From assembly GCF_009914755.1 (NCBI RefSeq), contig NC_060936.1: a stretch of DNA of 64,000 nucleotides, one strand, 5' to 3'. Below, piece by piece: positions 1 through 17,837 of this stretch (position 1 is its first letter; each line of letters opens with the position of its first letter). The DNA is from the human T2T-CHM13v2.0 reference genome, Homo sapiens. Position numbers and translations under genes: made by a program. The notes beneath the pieces are model-generated. The model was not told the origin of the DNA. It made no database searches and saw only the letters and a program-made list of their open reading frames with translations.

Positions 1-72
1 GACATGAGCCACCACACCTGGCCAAAAGGTAAGTTTTAAAAGGGTAAAGTTTAGGCCAGGTGCGGTGGCTCA

Positions 73-369
<297 letters not shown>

Positions 370-416
370 TCACGCCTGTAATCCCAGCACTTTGGGAGGC
401 CGAGGCAGGAGGATCA

Positions 417-713
<297 letters not shown>

Positions 714-798
714 TTAAAAAGACAAGAAACATAACTGATGTTATCACGAAATAATTCATTTGTCTCACCAGAACACCCACCAAAAAAAGAGTACTTAC

Positions 799-886
799 CA
801 CTTCAATTTCCAGTAAGTTATTCTTATTTTCAAGTGTTCTCACGCGACTAGTAGCTTCATGCAAAGCACTATCTAATTGGCCACAT
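799..886 (-). CDS. MPHOSPH9: MPHOSPH9 coding exon 12 (exon numbers are my own count; RCGQLDSALHEATSRVRTLENKNNLLEIEV, coiled coil); gene continues beyond the left edge
   Basis: Acceptor TTTTTAG|AT at 887/886, donor GTG|GTAAGT at 799/798; 88 nt, phase 2->0, continues the frame of exon 11. Confidence 0.93.
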
Positions 887-1166
887 CTAAAAACCATAAA
901 TTTAGCTTCAATTAGAAGATAAAATTATTACCCTTAAAAGTATTACATAAATCTAACCAATTCTCTAATATATAACATAAGACAAATTCTCCAGTGTTAA
1001 CTAAGACTCAGGATGCCATTTTAATAGAATATAGCCCAATGAATCTAATAATATAGTATGTAGAGAAAAGGCTAAAATTGGCCAGGCACAGTGGCTCACA
1101 CCTGTAATACTAACACTTTGGGAGGCTGAGGCAGGCAGATCACTTGAGGCCAGGAGTTCAAGATCA

Positions 1167-1388
<222 letters not shown>

Positions 1389-2121
1389 CTAAAATAATTT
1401 TTTTAAAAGATATAAAAAAAAGACATGCATAAAATAGCTTGATCTTAGCTTGAAAAAAATCTGTATCTATATATATGCATTATGATTTCTGGAAAAATGC
1501 AAAAAATTAAATTTGGATTTGGGATTTGGGACTAGAGGTTGGGGTAGGGAGATTTACTTTTTTCTTTCTTTTTTTGAGACAGGATCTCACTCCATAACCC
1601 AGGTTGAAGTACAGTGGTGCAATCACGGTTCACTGCAGACTTAACCTTCTGGGATCAAGCAACCCTCCTGCCTCAACCTCCTGAGTATGCACCACCACAC
1701 ACAGCTAATTTGATTTTTTGTAGAGATGGGATCTCACTTTGTTGCCCAGGCTGGTCTCAAACTCCTGGACTCATGCGATCCAATTTACTTTTCATATTAT
1801 GACCTTCTGTACTATTTCGAATTTAGCACGAATATAACTATTCTTATAATTAACTTCCTTTGTAAAGTTAATTATCACAGATCCTCAAAATAACAAAATA
1901 CATAGAAGAATTCAGTTACCATCTTGACTCGGTGTTTAACATAGTATGAATAATAAAAGCTTTATTTATTTAGCACTGACTATACACCAGGTCTTTAAGC
2001 ACGTTTCGTTTATCCTCACAATTCTGTCCATTAAGACTATCATTGGTCCCAGCCAGGCATGGTGGCTCACGCCTGTAATCCCAGCACTTTGAGAGGCCGA
2101 GGCCGGTGGATCACAAGGTCA

Positions 2122-2373
<252 letters not shown>

Positions 2374-3106
2374 TTATCATTGATCCCATTTTACAGTTGA
2401 GAAAACAAAGACAGTTCAGTTCCTCACTGAAAGTCACACAGATTGTAAGCAGTCACACTGGGAACATAAGCTGGGCACTCCTAGTTCATGATCCTAACCA
2501 CTGTGCATTAATGCGGCACAGACATGAAATACTGATGAGACTATTCTTGAAAAAAAATCACTCAAATAATCAAGTGTGTGTTAATTGTATTTGACTTTTT
2601 TCAGTACTATGGATTCTAATGTGCCAGAGGATCACTGTCCCAAGTTCTAAATCCGTGACATAGTAATCTGATATCACAGCTGGCTAATGGCTCCATTTGT
2701 AACACCAGGGGGATTCTCCAATTTGCAATTTTAAGTTTGGAAAAAACCAGTGTATACACTGATAACAATGGTTTTTTATCTTGGGGGAAATCATTTCTCC
2801 AGTTCTAAATGACTGCCACGTATTTTGTTTCTACTGTCCTCTGTAACACAGCTTTTTTTTTTTTTAACCATAAGCCAGATCAAATCTTTTTTGGGAAGAG
2901 GAGAAAATAATGTACTGCTATTCATTTTACACAGTGATTACATCTACTCCAGTAACCAAGCCTGCCACTGTTATTAACTGCTATAATACAGCCATTTACT
3001 TAAAACCCTGGCTTCCAATTTGCTCCACCTATATTTGCTCATTGCCCTACACGCTCAAACATCTTCTAGTCATAAAAATGTTTTGACTGGCTATAATTTA
3101 TTCTAG

Positions 3107-3418
<312 letters not shown>

Positions 3419-3931
3419 TAGGCTGGTCTTGAACTCCTAACCTCTAGTGATCTGCCTGCCTCGGCCTCCCAAACTGCTGGGATTACAGGTGTGAGCCACC
3501 ACACTCAGCCTCATCTTTGCCTTCTAAACAAAAACAATAATAAAAAAACCAACTTCCCATAACCTGCTATCTACTGTTTGTGTCGTAAAAAACCTAAACC
3601 TGTCTCTTTTCTTTTGGTTTGGCTCTTTTTCAAATTACTTTTCCCTACCATTGTACCCCCACACTACTAAATGCAAAATGAAAGCTGTAGAAACATTCAA
3701 TAAGACAGCCATGTTAACTACCACAGCAACCAAAACTACTTACAGTATAAAGGCTAGTTTTCCCATAACTTTGAAAGTTAAACTGTTTTGTTTTGTTTTT
3801 TTGAAAGTTAAACTGTTAACCAGACGGAAGATTTTAGTTCCCTCCTAAGCTCTTTGAAGTGAGCTTTGTCTTTTCTCCTTAGAGAATGCCTTGCTATCAG
3901 CTAGACCTGCATCGATTTTCAATCTATTTAA

Positions 3932-4150
<219 letters not shown>

Positions 4151-4715
4151 TGAACTCCTGAGCTCAAGAGATCTGCCTGCCACAGCCTCCCAAAGTGCTG
4201 GGTTACAGACGTGAGCCACCATGCCTGATCAAGTCCCGTTTAATGGTAAAGTATGTTGCAAGGACTCTACTACTAATACTAGTAGTGAAAGCATCAGATT
4301 TTCTAAGTGATTCTAAAATAGGTATGAAGCTATCCTGAATATAAGGCCATTCTCCCCTGCATATCTTTGTGGGTTTTTTTGGAATGGGCCTATTAAAAAG
4401 GTGAAGAACTGCCACAGGACATAAGCCATAGACTTATTAGAAAGTCCATAGTACTGCTCCTCCCATCAATGACATTACTCTGCATATACAAAATTCGCTC
4501 AACTGTTTCAGTATTTTGCCCATGTGAAACAAATGGCTCCACGTCAGTTATTAGTGTATTATAAGAGGGGGGTTTAGCTTCAAAAATACTTAGGCAAACA
4601 TGACTGTTAAAATTTCAGATCCAAAGTATTTTCAAAGTGTTTTCTCACATTATACTTCTGTGAAAATAATACATCCAAGGTGGAGAAAACTTCACAGCTA
4701 AATTATAAATTTTAC

Positions 4716-4871
4716 CTGTCTACAAGAATTTGATTGGTTATCTTCCAATCTTCAACTCCAGAGATTTCTTTTGCCTCCAGCTTCTGTTTCAAACTATTTA
4801 TTTCTGATTCATAATAAGCTCGAAGATCTGCTATGTGTCGAGCATGCTTTTCCTTCAGATTCTGCCTAATC
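4716..4871 (-). CDS. MPHOSPH9: MPHOSPH9 coding exon 11 (KIRQNLKEKHARHIADLRAYYESEINSLKQKLEAKEISGVEDWKITNQILVDR)
   Basis: Acceptor AATAAG|GA, donor CAG|GTAAAA; 156 nt, phase 2->2; open coiled-coil frame. Confidence 0.92.
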
Positions 4872-5175
4872 CTTATTCAGTGAGAATAAAAAATATATAT
4901 TAGGAAAGCTATCTTCAGTCTCCATCCCACAAGAGAAACCAAGAACACAATGATTCTCATGGGCAAAAATATAGCATATTTCCTTTGCATACTACAAAAT
5001 ATATAGATTAATACACAAAAAGTTAACAATCAAGTGAAAAAGTTTTTATATGCTCCATCTTAAAAATGCTAAATCTCTAAGACTTTATGCAATACTGAAG
5101 TTCAATAAAGATCATTTTCAATCAGATATCACAGAAAATCTATTAACATTACAAGCCATTCACTGAAATACATAC

Positions 5176-5636
5176 TTAGACAATATCACAGGATCTTCCA
5201 AGGAAGTCAATGAAATGCATTCTGGGACACTGTTGGCTGTACCTGGAAGCTGGGACTGACTGACTGAGGCCGAAGCAACCATGACAGTGTTTTCTTCATC
5301 TACAGTGTTGACCGAGATATCATTACTAGTAATGGTATATACTGACGGAAACGTGGAACTGGTCCTACTTTCGTTTTGGAATGTCTGATTTTTCCAAGAG
5401 TCCACCGGAGAAGCTTTTGTGTGTGAGGGATATTTTGGAAATCCAGGTAACTGAGAAGTGACATTACTTGCTTGTGAAAATGAGTCTATGTCAGAGGGAC
5501 TAGACATACTAGGCTCTAGAACAGAGTCCGGGGAAAAGGATATTCTGTCATCAAGGGCATTCGGAAGGCCGTGAGGTTGAATCCCTGAAATCTGCTGCTT
5601 TGGCTTCATGTGTAACGTAGGATCTAGAGTCAGGAC
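5176..5636 (-). CDS. MPHOSPH9: MPHOSPH9 coding exon 10 (VLTLDPTLH...EDPVILSK, Ser/Pro-rich)
   Basis: Lies within ORF 5160..5654; acceptor TTTCCAG|GT, donor TAA|GTATGT; 461 nt, phase 0->2. Confidence 0.95.
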
Positions 5637-5801
5637 CTGGAAACCAGACAACAACGAAGTCTTACCCTCAGAACTCGGCTTTGTTTTGCTTGTTTTGAAG
5701 TGAGTAGGCTTTAGATCTCCTAGGGAAAATGAAGCTTGAGGTAAAAGTTAGAGTCAGGAAGCATTGTTCACGTTCACTCGGCAGAATGTGGACAACTTTA
5801 C

Positions 5802-5927
5802 CTCTGGTGGATGATTTGGGTTGGAAGCAGAAGTGAGATTCCTCTCAGGTAACTGCTTGTTTTCCCTTTGTTTTTTATAATAAATATCCTTCAGTGACGG
5901 TAGCTTCATCTCATTACTAGTATTAGA
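5802..5927 (-). CDS. MPHOSPH9: MPHOSPH9 coding exon 9 (SNTSNEMKLPSLKD...NHPPE)
   Basis: Lies within ORF 5754..5945; acceptor CTTTAAG|TC, donor GAG|GTAAAG; 126 nt, phase 0->0. Confidence 0.9.
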
Positions 5928-6335
5928 CTTAAAGATACGAAACAAAATTAAATGGTGTTATCAATAATGAAACAAATTAATGATATCAAAATAAGCACCA
6001 TAAAAAGATTTTTGAAAGACTTTAAGCAAATTGAAAATGTAGACTGTCAGATTTGTAATACAAGCTTGGAAGTCATTACCTAGTATGATGAGTCTACCTC
6101 AGAATGGAAAGATGTTTGGATCTCCTAACAATTTAGGACACTAAGGGGATAATGTGAACATTAATTATTTAGCAGCCTATGAATACTTCCAAATAATGAA
6201 ATTCTTAGTAGTTCTCCCACTCAAAATAAGAACCAAGTTTTCTGGGTTTCTTTGAGACAAGGTCTCACCCTGTTGCCCAGGCTGGAGTGCAGTGGTGTGA
6301 TCATGGTTCACTGCAGCCTCAATCTCCCAGGCTAA

Positions 6336-6533
<198 letters not shown>

Positions 6534-6693
6534 TAGCCAATAGCCAAGTTTTGAGGTAAGAAAATACTTCATAGGCTAGGCGCAGTGGCTCATGCCTATA
6601 ATCCCAGCACTTCGGGAGGCCAAGGTGAGTGATCACTTGAAGTCGAGAGTTTGAGACCAGCCTAGCCAACATGGAGAAACCCTGTCTCTACTA

Positions 6694-6852
<159 letters not shown>

Positions 6853-7064
6853 TCAAAAAAAAAAAAAAAGAAAACAAGATACTTCAGAATGAATGATAGA
6901 AGGATGAGAAAACTTTCGGCCAAATTAATTTCATATGGCTGAAGAAAAAGCACCAAGAGCTGGAGTTCCTTATCTATGTAGTTACAATCATGTTTGTTAA
7001 AAGAGTTGGCCAAACAAAACTAGGTGTCACAAAGTGACCCAATGAAAATAAGTCCCCCCCACCC

Positions 7065-7097
7065 ATCACTTCTCAGCCTTTTGGCTAAGATCAAGTG
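7065..7097 (+). pseudogene. 3'-truncated U2 snRNA retro-pseudogene (U2 nt 1-33) with target-site duplication
   Basis: ATCACTTCTCAGCCTTTTGGCTAAGATCAAGTG vs U2 ATCGCTTCTCGGCCTTTTGGCTAAGATCAAGTG (31/33); TGAAAATAAGTCCC repeated at 7043-7056 and 7096-7109. Confidence 0.9.
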
Positions 7098-7814
7098 AAA
7101 ATAAGTCCCTTTATTCATTAGTAAAATAAGAAGATATGACCCTAGGCTGGACACGGTGGCTTACACCTGTAATCCCAGCGCTTTGGGAGGCCAAGGCAGG
7201 CGGATCGCCTGAGGTCGGGAGTTCGAGACCAGCCTGGCTAATATGGTGAAACCCTGTCTCTACTAAAAATACAAAAATTAGCTGGGAGTGGTGGCGCAGG
7301 CCTGTAATCCCAGCAACGCAGGAGACTGAAGTGGGACGATCACTTGAACCCAGGAGGCAGAGGTTGCAGTGAGTTGGGATCATGCCACTGTACTCCTTCA
7401 CTCTAGCCTGGGCGACAGAGCAAAACTCTGTCTCAAAAAACAGAAGATAGGACCCTAATTTCGAAAAATTGAAATCAGGACCTCACTACACTAAAAATGT
7501 TGCAGAGAGGTCTAGGCTCTAAACACTAAAACTTTGGGCTTAAATTATTTCAAGGTGGGACGTATTATAGGGTGTGAGAGGAGAACCAATTAACCTTGGG
7601 CCTCAAATTTAAACTGTGAACACTGTCACAAATGAGATTACAGATTCAACAATAGATACACTGAAAACACTGAAAGAACACATTAATCATGTAGCTTTAA
7701 ATTTGTGTCCCATTTCTAGACCCTACGTAGGCTGCAGAGCACCATGAATATGTATTTTTAAAACCTTGTGAGTGTGTGCATTAAAGGCATTAATTTGTTA
7801 AATCTAAACCTTTA

Positions 7815-8148
<334 letters not shown>

Positions 8149-9008
8149 TTACATGCCAATAACCTAAAGAAGCCTTTTCAAGACCTGAAGCCTGTGAAGA
8201 GTAGCATTACTCCAGCTATGGCCACAGCCTGGTGGTCTGGGGGAATAGTTGGGGTTATTCTACTCAAAGCTCATGGGAATAGAAAAGTACCACTTTTCAC
8301 CACTTTTATGTTCTTGTCATGTTAACATCTCTAAAGTAGGGATGCCTCTTGTAATTAATGGCATTTTATAATTGCTATTGCTTTGGGCCAAGTTGTGGTT
8401 GTGACAGACTGTCATTCCCTGCTCATGAGCTCAAAATTGGCCAAATAGGTATCAGCAGCTTGGAAGACAAACCTACACACTACAATGAAGCTCCTGAGGA
8501 CCAATATTTAAGAGAACGGTGAATCAGACACGTTTAGCAACATACTCCACATGGGAGTCCAAAGCGGGCTAGTCCTACATGCTACTAAGACAGGTAAAAA
8601 GCAGAAAGGCCTTTCTATTCTTTTTAAAGAAATGCAGAATCGCTGATGCTCTTGGTGGGCTAGAGGAAGATAACGTGGGAAAACACAGAAACTAACACCA
8701 AGGTGAAGAGAGAGAAATGGCCAGGCATAGTGGTTCACATTTGTAATCCCAGCACTTTGGGAGGCTGAGGCAGGAGGATTGCTTGAGTCCAGGAGTTTGA
8801 GAGACCAGCTTGGGCAACATAGAGAGACCTTGCCTCTACTAAAAACAAACAAACAAAAAAAAAATGAGCCAGGTGTGGTTGCACATGACTGTAGTCCCAG
8901 CTACTCAGGAGGCTGAGGCAAGAGGATCGCCTGAGCCCAGGAGGTTGAGTCTGCAGTTATCTATGATGAAGCTGCTATACTCCAGCCTCGGCAACAGAGT
9001 GAGACCGT

Positions 9009-9096
9009 GAAGAAAGAAAGAGAGAAAGAGAGGAAGAGGAGAAGAGAAGAGAGGAGAGGAGAGGAGAAGAGAAGAGAAGAGATGAGAAGAGAAGAG
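9009..9096 (+). repeat. Polypurine (GAGAA/GGAGA)n tract at an Alu tail
   Basis: 88 nt with a single pyrimidine. Confidence 0.9.
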
Positions 9097-9359
9097 TATA
9101 ACACTCTGAGAAGGAAAGAATTTTAGCCACTTTTATTTCACTTATGTTTTCCTTTTTAAAGTATGCATAAGAGTTATATAATAAGCCAGGCACAGTGGCT
9201 CACACCTGTAATCCCAGCACTTTGGGAGGCTGAGGCAGGTGGGTCACAAGGTCAGGAGATCGAGACCATCTTGGCCAACATGGTGGAACCTCGTCTCTAC
9301 TAAAAACACAAAAAAATTAGCTGGGTATGGTAGTGCATGCCTGTAGTCCTAGCTACTCA

Positions 9360-9500
<141 letters not shown>

Positions 9501-10241
9501 TCACAGCTGTAATCCCAGCACTGTGGGAGACCAAAGCAGGGGAATCACTTGAGCCCAGGAGTTTGAGACCAGCCTAGGCAACACAGCAAAAATCCTCTCT
9601 CTAATAAAAAAAAAAAAAAGTTACTGATACATAATAAAACCTATGTTTAAGTCTAAAGACTCTTTCCATAAGAATAAAATATAAATTCTAAAGTGGTTAA
9701 AAAAAAAAAAAAAAAAAAGCATTGTATCAGTCTAATTTATAAATTTTTCTTGGTAGAACATGAAATGGGAAACCTTAAAGTTGACAATACCGTAGAGTCA
9801 ACAAAATGCAGTATCCACTTACTGATGTTCAAGATCAGATAACACTGTGAGCCCTGCAATTGCAAAGCCTACTAAGCCTGCCTTGCCCCCTACAATCTTA
9901 CCCCCCTCATACTTCATTTCTCTGTGTTGACCTGTGTCTTTTTGTTCCTTTCATGAAGTACGGAACATTGGTTTCCGTCACTGAGACTCTGATGCTTACA
10001 AGTACATTGCCCCATCTGTCTGTCTGTATATGTCATTCATTTTTATGTCTCTTGGTTACTTTAATAGTATCTCTCCTTTTCCCCAGGTACTCTTTCATTA
10101 CCTGATCAAAATACAGAAATGAAGGCCGGGTGCACTAGCTCATGCCTGTAATTCCAGCACTTTGGGAGGCCAAGGCGGGCGGATCACCTGAGGTCAGGAG
10201 TTCGAGAGCAGCCTGGCCAACATGGTGAAACCCTGTCTCTA

Positions 10242-10568
<327 letters not shown>

Positions 10569-10871
10569 TCACCAGCCTGGCCAACATCACGAAACTCCCT
10601 CTCTACTAAAAATACAAAAATTAGCCAGGCATGGTGGCGCATGCCCATAATCCCAGCTACTCAGGAGGCTGAGGCAGGAGAATCACTTGAACCTGGAACC
10701 ACTGCACTCCAGCCTAAGTGACAGACTGAGACTCCGTCTCAAAAAAAAAAAAAAAAAAAAATTTTTTTTTTAAATGTACCTTTCTTACTCAAAGAAAATC
10801 CAGCAAATTGGCCGGGCGCAGTGGTGCATGCCTGTAATTCCAGCACTTGGGAGGCCAAGGCAAGCAAATCA

Positions 10872-11114
<243 letters not shown>

Positions 11115-11473
11115 TTAAGTTGCTCATAACTATGGTGGAAATGGATCGCATAACAAATGAAAATGAATGGAGGTGTAACAAATGAAAAATCAACACCAAT
11201 TCTGGGAAAAGGGGAAGAAATTAATAGCTGAGGACCTACTACATATGAAATAGTAGGCACAATCCATTTAATTTCACAAAACACTAACCAGCATTTTTTT
11301 TTTCCCTTTTTGAGACAGGGTCTCACTCTGTCACACAGGCTAGAGTGCAATGGTGTGACCTCCCGGGCTCAAGTGATCCTCTCACCTCAGCCTCCCAAAG
11401 TACAAGGATTACAGGTGTAAACTATGATGCCCAGCTCAAGCCAGCCAGAATTTTTTAAAAGTGGAATTTTTAA

Positions 11474-11608
<135 letters not shown>

Positions 11609-11977
11609 TGAGCAGCTGGGATTACAAGTGCATGCCACCACGCCCAGCTAATTTTTGGGTTTTTAGTAGAGATGGGGTTTTACCATGTTGGCCAGGCTGG
11701 TCTTGAACTCCCAACCTCAGGTGATCTGCCCACCTTGGCCTACCAAAGTGCTGGGATTACAGGCTTGAGCCACAGCACCCAGCCTTTAATTCCACTTTTA
11801 AGAAGCATTGCTAAGATTACATAAGGCAAAAATGACAGACTGAATTTGAAAACAAGTGAGTATGATTCTAAAGCCCATGCTTTTTCCAGTATTTTAGAAG
11901 TTGAAAAATAAAATTTATACTGGAGTACTTAGCAACAATTGTAAAACACAAACACACACAGTTTTTTTTTTCTTTGA

Positions 11978-12493
<516 letters not shown>

Positions 12494-12607
12494 TAGCCAG
12501 GATGGTCTTGATCTCCTGACCTCATGATCCGCCCACCTCGGCCTCCCAAAGCGCTGGGATTACAGGCGTAAGCCACCGCGCCCGGCCACCGTGTGTTTTT
12601 AAATTAC

Positions 12608-12714
12608 CTGGTTTGGTGACACATCTGTGGAAGACAATGATATGAACGTCTTCTCTAAAGTTTCAGGCAAAGAGTGGTGCATATCCTTTTCCTCTAGTTT
12701 CCAGTAAGTCAATC
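12608..12714 (-). CDS. MPHOSPH9: MPHOSPH9 coding exon 8 (GLTYWKLEEKDMHHSLPETLEKTFISLSSTDVSPNQ)
   Basis: Acceptor CATCAG|GA after a long U/UG tract, donor CAG|GTAATT; 107 nt, phase 1->0. Confidence 0.92.
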
Positions 12715-12928
12715 CTGATGTGCACAAACACACAGAATAGAAAAGAGTGAGAAAAAAACAAAAATGCTTTCTAGAATAACATTTCTACCTAAAGGAAATT
12801 AAATATGGGAAGAAATTAATTTTGGGTTAAAGTAATTTGAATTTTGATGGAAAAAAGTTATCTAAATTCCTTATTATGTAAGAGTCCTAACTGGATGCAA
12901 ATGTTTAAAACTGAAATATAAAAAGTCA

Positions 12929-13254
<326 letters not shown>

Positions 13255-13471
13255 TTAAAATAATAATAATAAAATAAATTTTTTTATTTTTTGAGACAGG
13301 GTCTCACTTTGTCACCCAGGAGTGCAGTGGTGCCATCTCAGTCCACTGTGGTCTCTTTTTTTGAGACAGAGTCTCGCTCTGTTGCCCAAGATGGAATGCA
13401 GTGGAGTGATCTCGGCTCATTGCAACCTCCGCCTCCCGAGTTCAAGCAATTCTCCTGCCTCAGCCTCCTGA

Positions 13472-13664
<193 letters not shown>

Positions 13665-13820
13665 TAGCTGAGGTTACAGGAATGCACCATCACGCCCTGC
13701 TAATTTTTGTATTTTTAGTAGAGACAGGGTTTTGCCATTTTGGCTAGACTGGTCTCGAACTCCTGACCTCAAGTGATCTGCCTGCCTCGGCCTCCCAAAG
13801 TGCTGGGAAAACAGGTGTGA

Positions 13821-14174
<354 letters not shown>

Positions 14175-14388
14175 TAGGATTACAGTTGTGAGCTACCAGG
14201 TCCAGCCTTAAAATATATTTTAAAATAGACAATTTCTTTTTTTTTTTTTTTTTTTTTTTTTCTGAGACAGGGCCTCCATCTGTCACCCAGTCTGGAGTAC
14301 AGTGGTGCAATCACAGCTCACTACAGCCCTGACCTCCCGAGCTCAAGCCATCATTCCCTTTCAGCCTCCCAAGTAGCTGGGACTATAA

Positions 14389-14559
<171 letters not shown>

Positions 14560-14584
14560 TGAGTAGTATAGACATACAGAATCA

Positions 14585-16610
<2,026 letters not shown>

Positions 16611-17004
16611 AGTCTGTATATAAGGCCATTAAGATTGGAATAAGCTCACCATGGAGTGTAAAGGATGGCTCAGAGGGTTTGAATTTAATTCATTTTGGAC
16701 TACCCGAAAAAGGTTGATGATTTTTACAGCTGTTCAAAACAACTGCAAAAGTACTTCTTTATTCTCTTTACAGATCTTGTAACATAAATTAAGATAAGAA
16801 AGAAAGGTGGCTGGACATGGTGGCTGAAGCCTGTAATCCCAGCACTTTGAGAAACCGAGGCTGGTGGATTGCTTGCACCCAGGAGTTCAAAACCAGCTGA
16901 GGCAACATGGCGAAACCCTGTCTCTACAAAAAAATACAAAAGCTGGGCATGGTGACACCGCCTGTTGTCCCAGCTATTCTTGGGAAGCTGAGGTGGGAGG
17001 ATCA

Positions 17005-17130
<126 letters not shown>

Positions 17131-17295
17131 TCACAACACATAACACATTTACAAAACCATACTACTATACAGTATCATCCCATATGGAGAAATGTAGGCA
17201 AGTTGTTTTTTAAAAATAATGCTCTAAAAATCTAAGTACCTTCCTCTGAGTGTATGTAGTTTAGGTTAAAAAAAATAAAAATGTAAGTATCATAC

Positions 17296-17386
17296 CTGTT
17301 CCTGAATCAGACATCCAAGCATTTGGAGTTTCATCTGGTTTACTGAGGTAAAAAGCACGAGGATGTGTAGCAGCAGCAAAATCAGA
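17296..17386 (-). CDS. MPHOSPH9: MPHOSPH9 coding exon 7 (SDFAAATHPRAFYLSKPDETPNAWMSDSGT)
   Basis: Acceptor TTTCTTGTAG|TC, donor CAG|GTATGA; 91 nt, phase 0->1. Confidence 0.92.
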
Positions 17387-17576
17387 CTACAAGAAAGAAA
17401 ACTATTGATTGACAGCTAAAAGTCATTAGGCACAATCTGCTGACCCAAGAAATGAGAGCCAGGCCTCAAACCAGGTGGGGAGAAACCTTCAGAGGGTTCA
17501 AAGAAGAAAGCCTGGCCAGGCGTGATAGCTCACGCCTATGATCCCAGCACTTTGGGAGGCCGAGGCGGGTGGATCA

Positions 17577-17837
<261 letters not shown>

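Noticed and set aside
5637-5801. 165-nt (multiple of 3) MPHOSPH9 intron 9 as an in-frame retained intron
   Set aside because: Contains an in-frame stop (the ORF ends at 5754)
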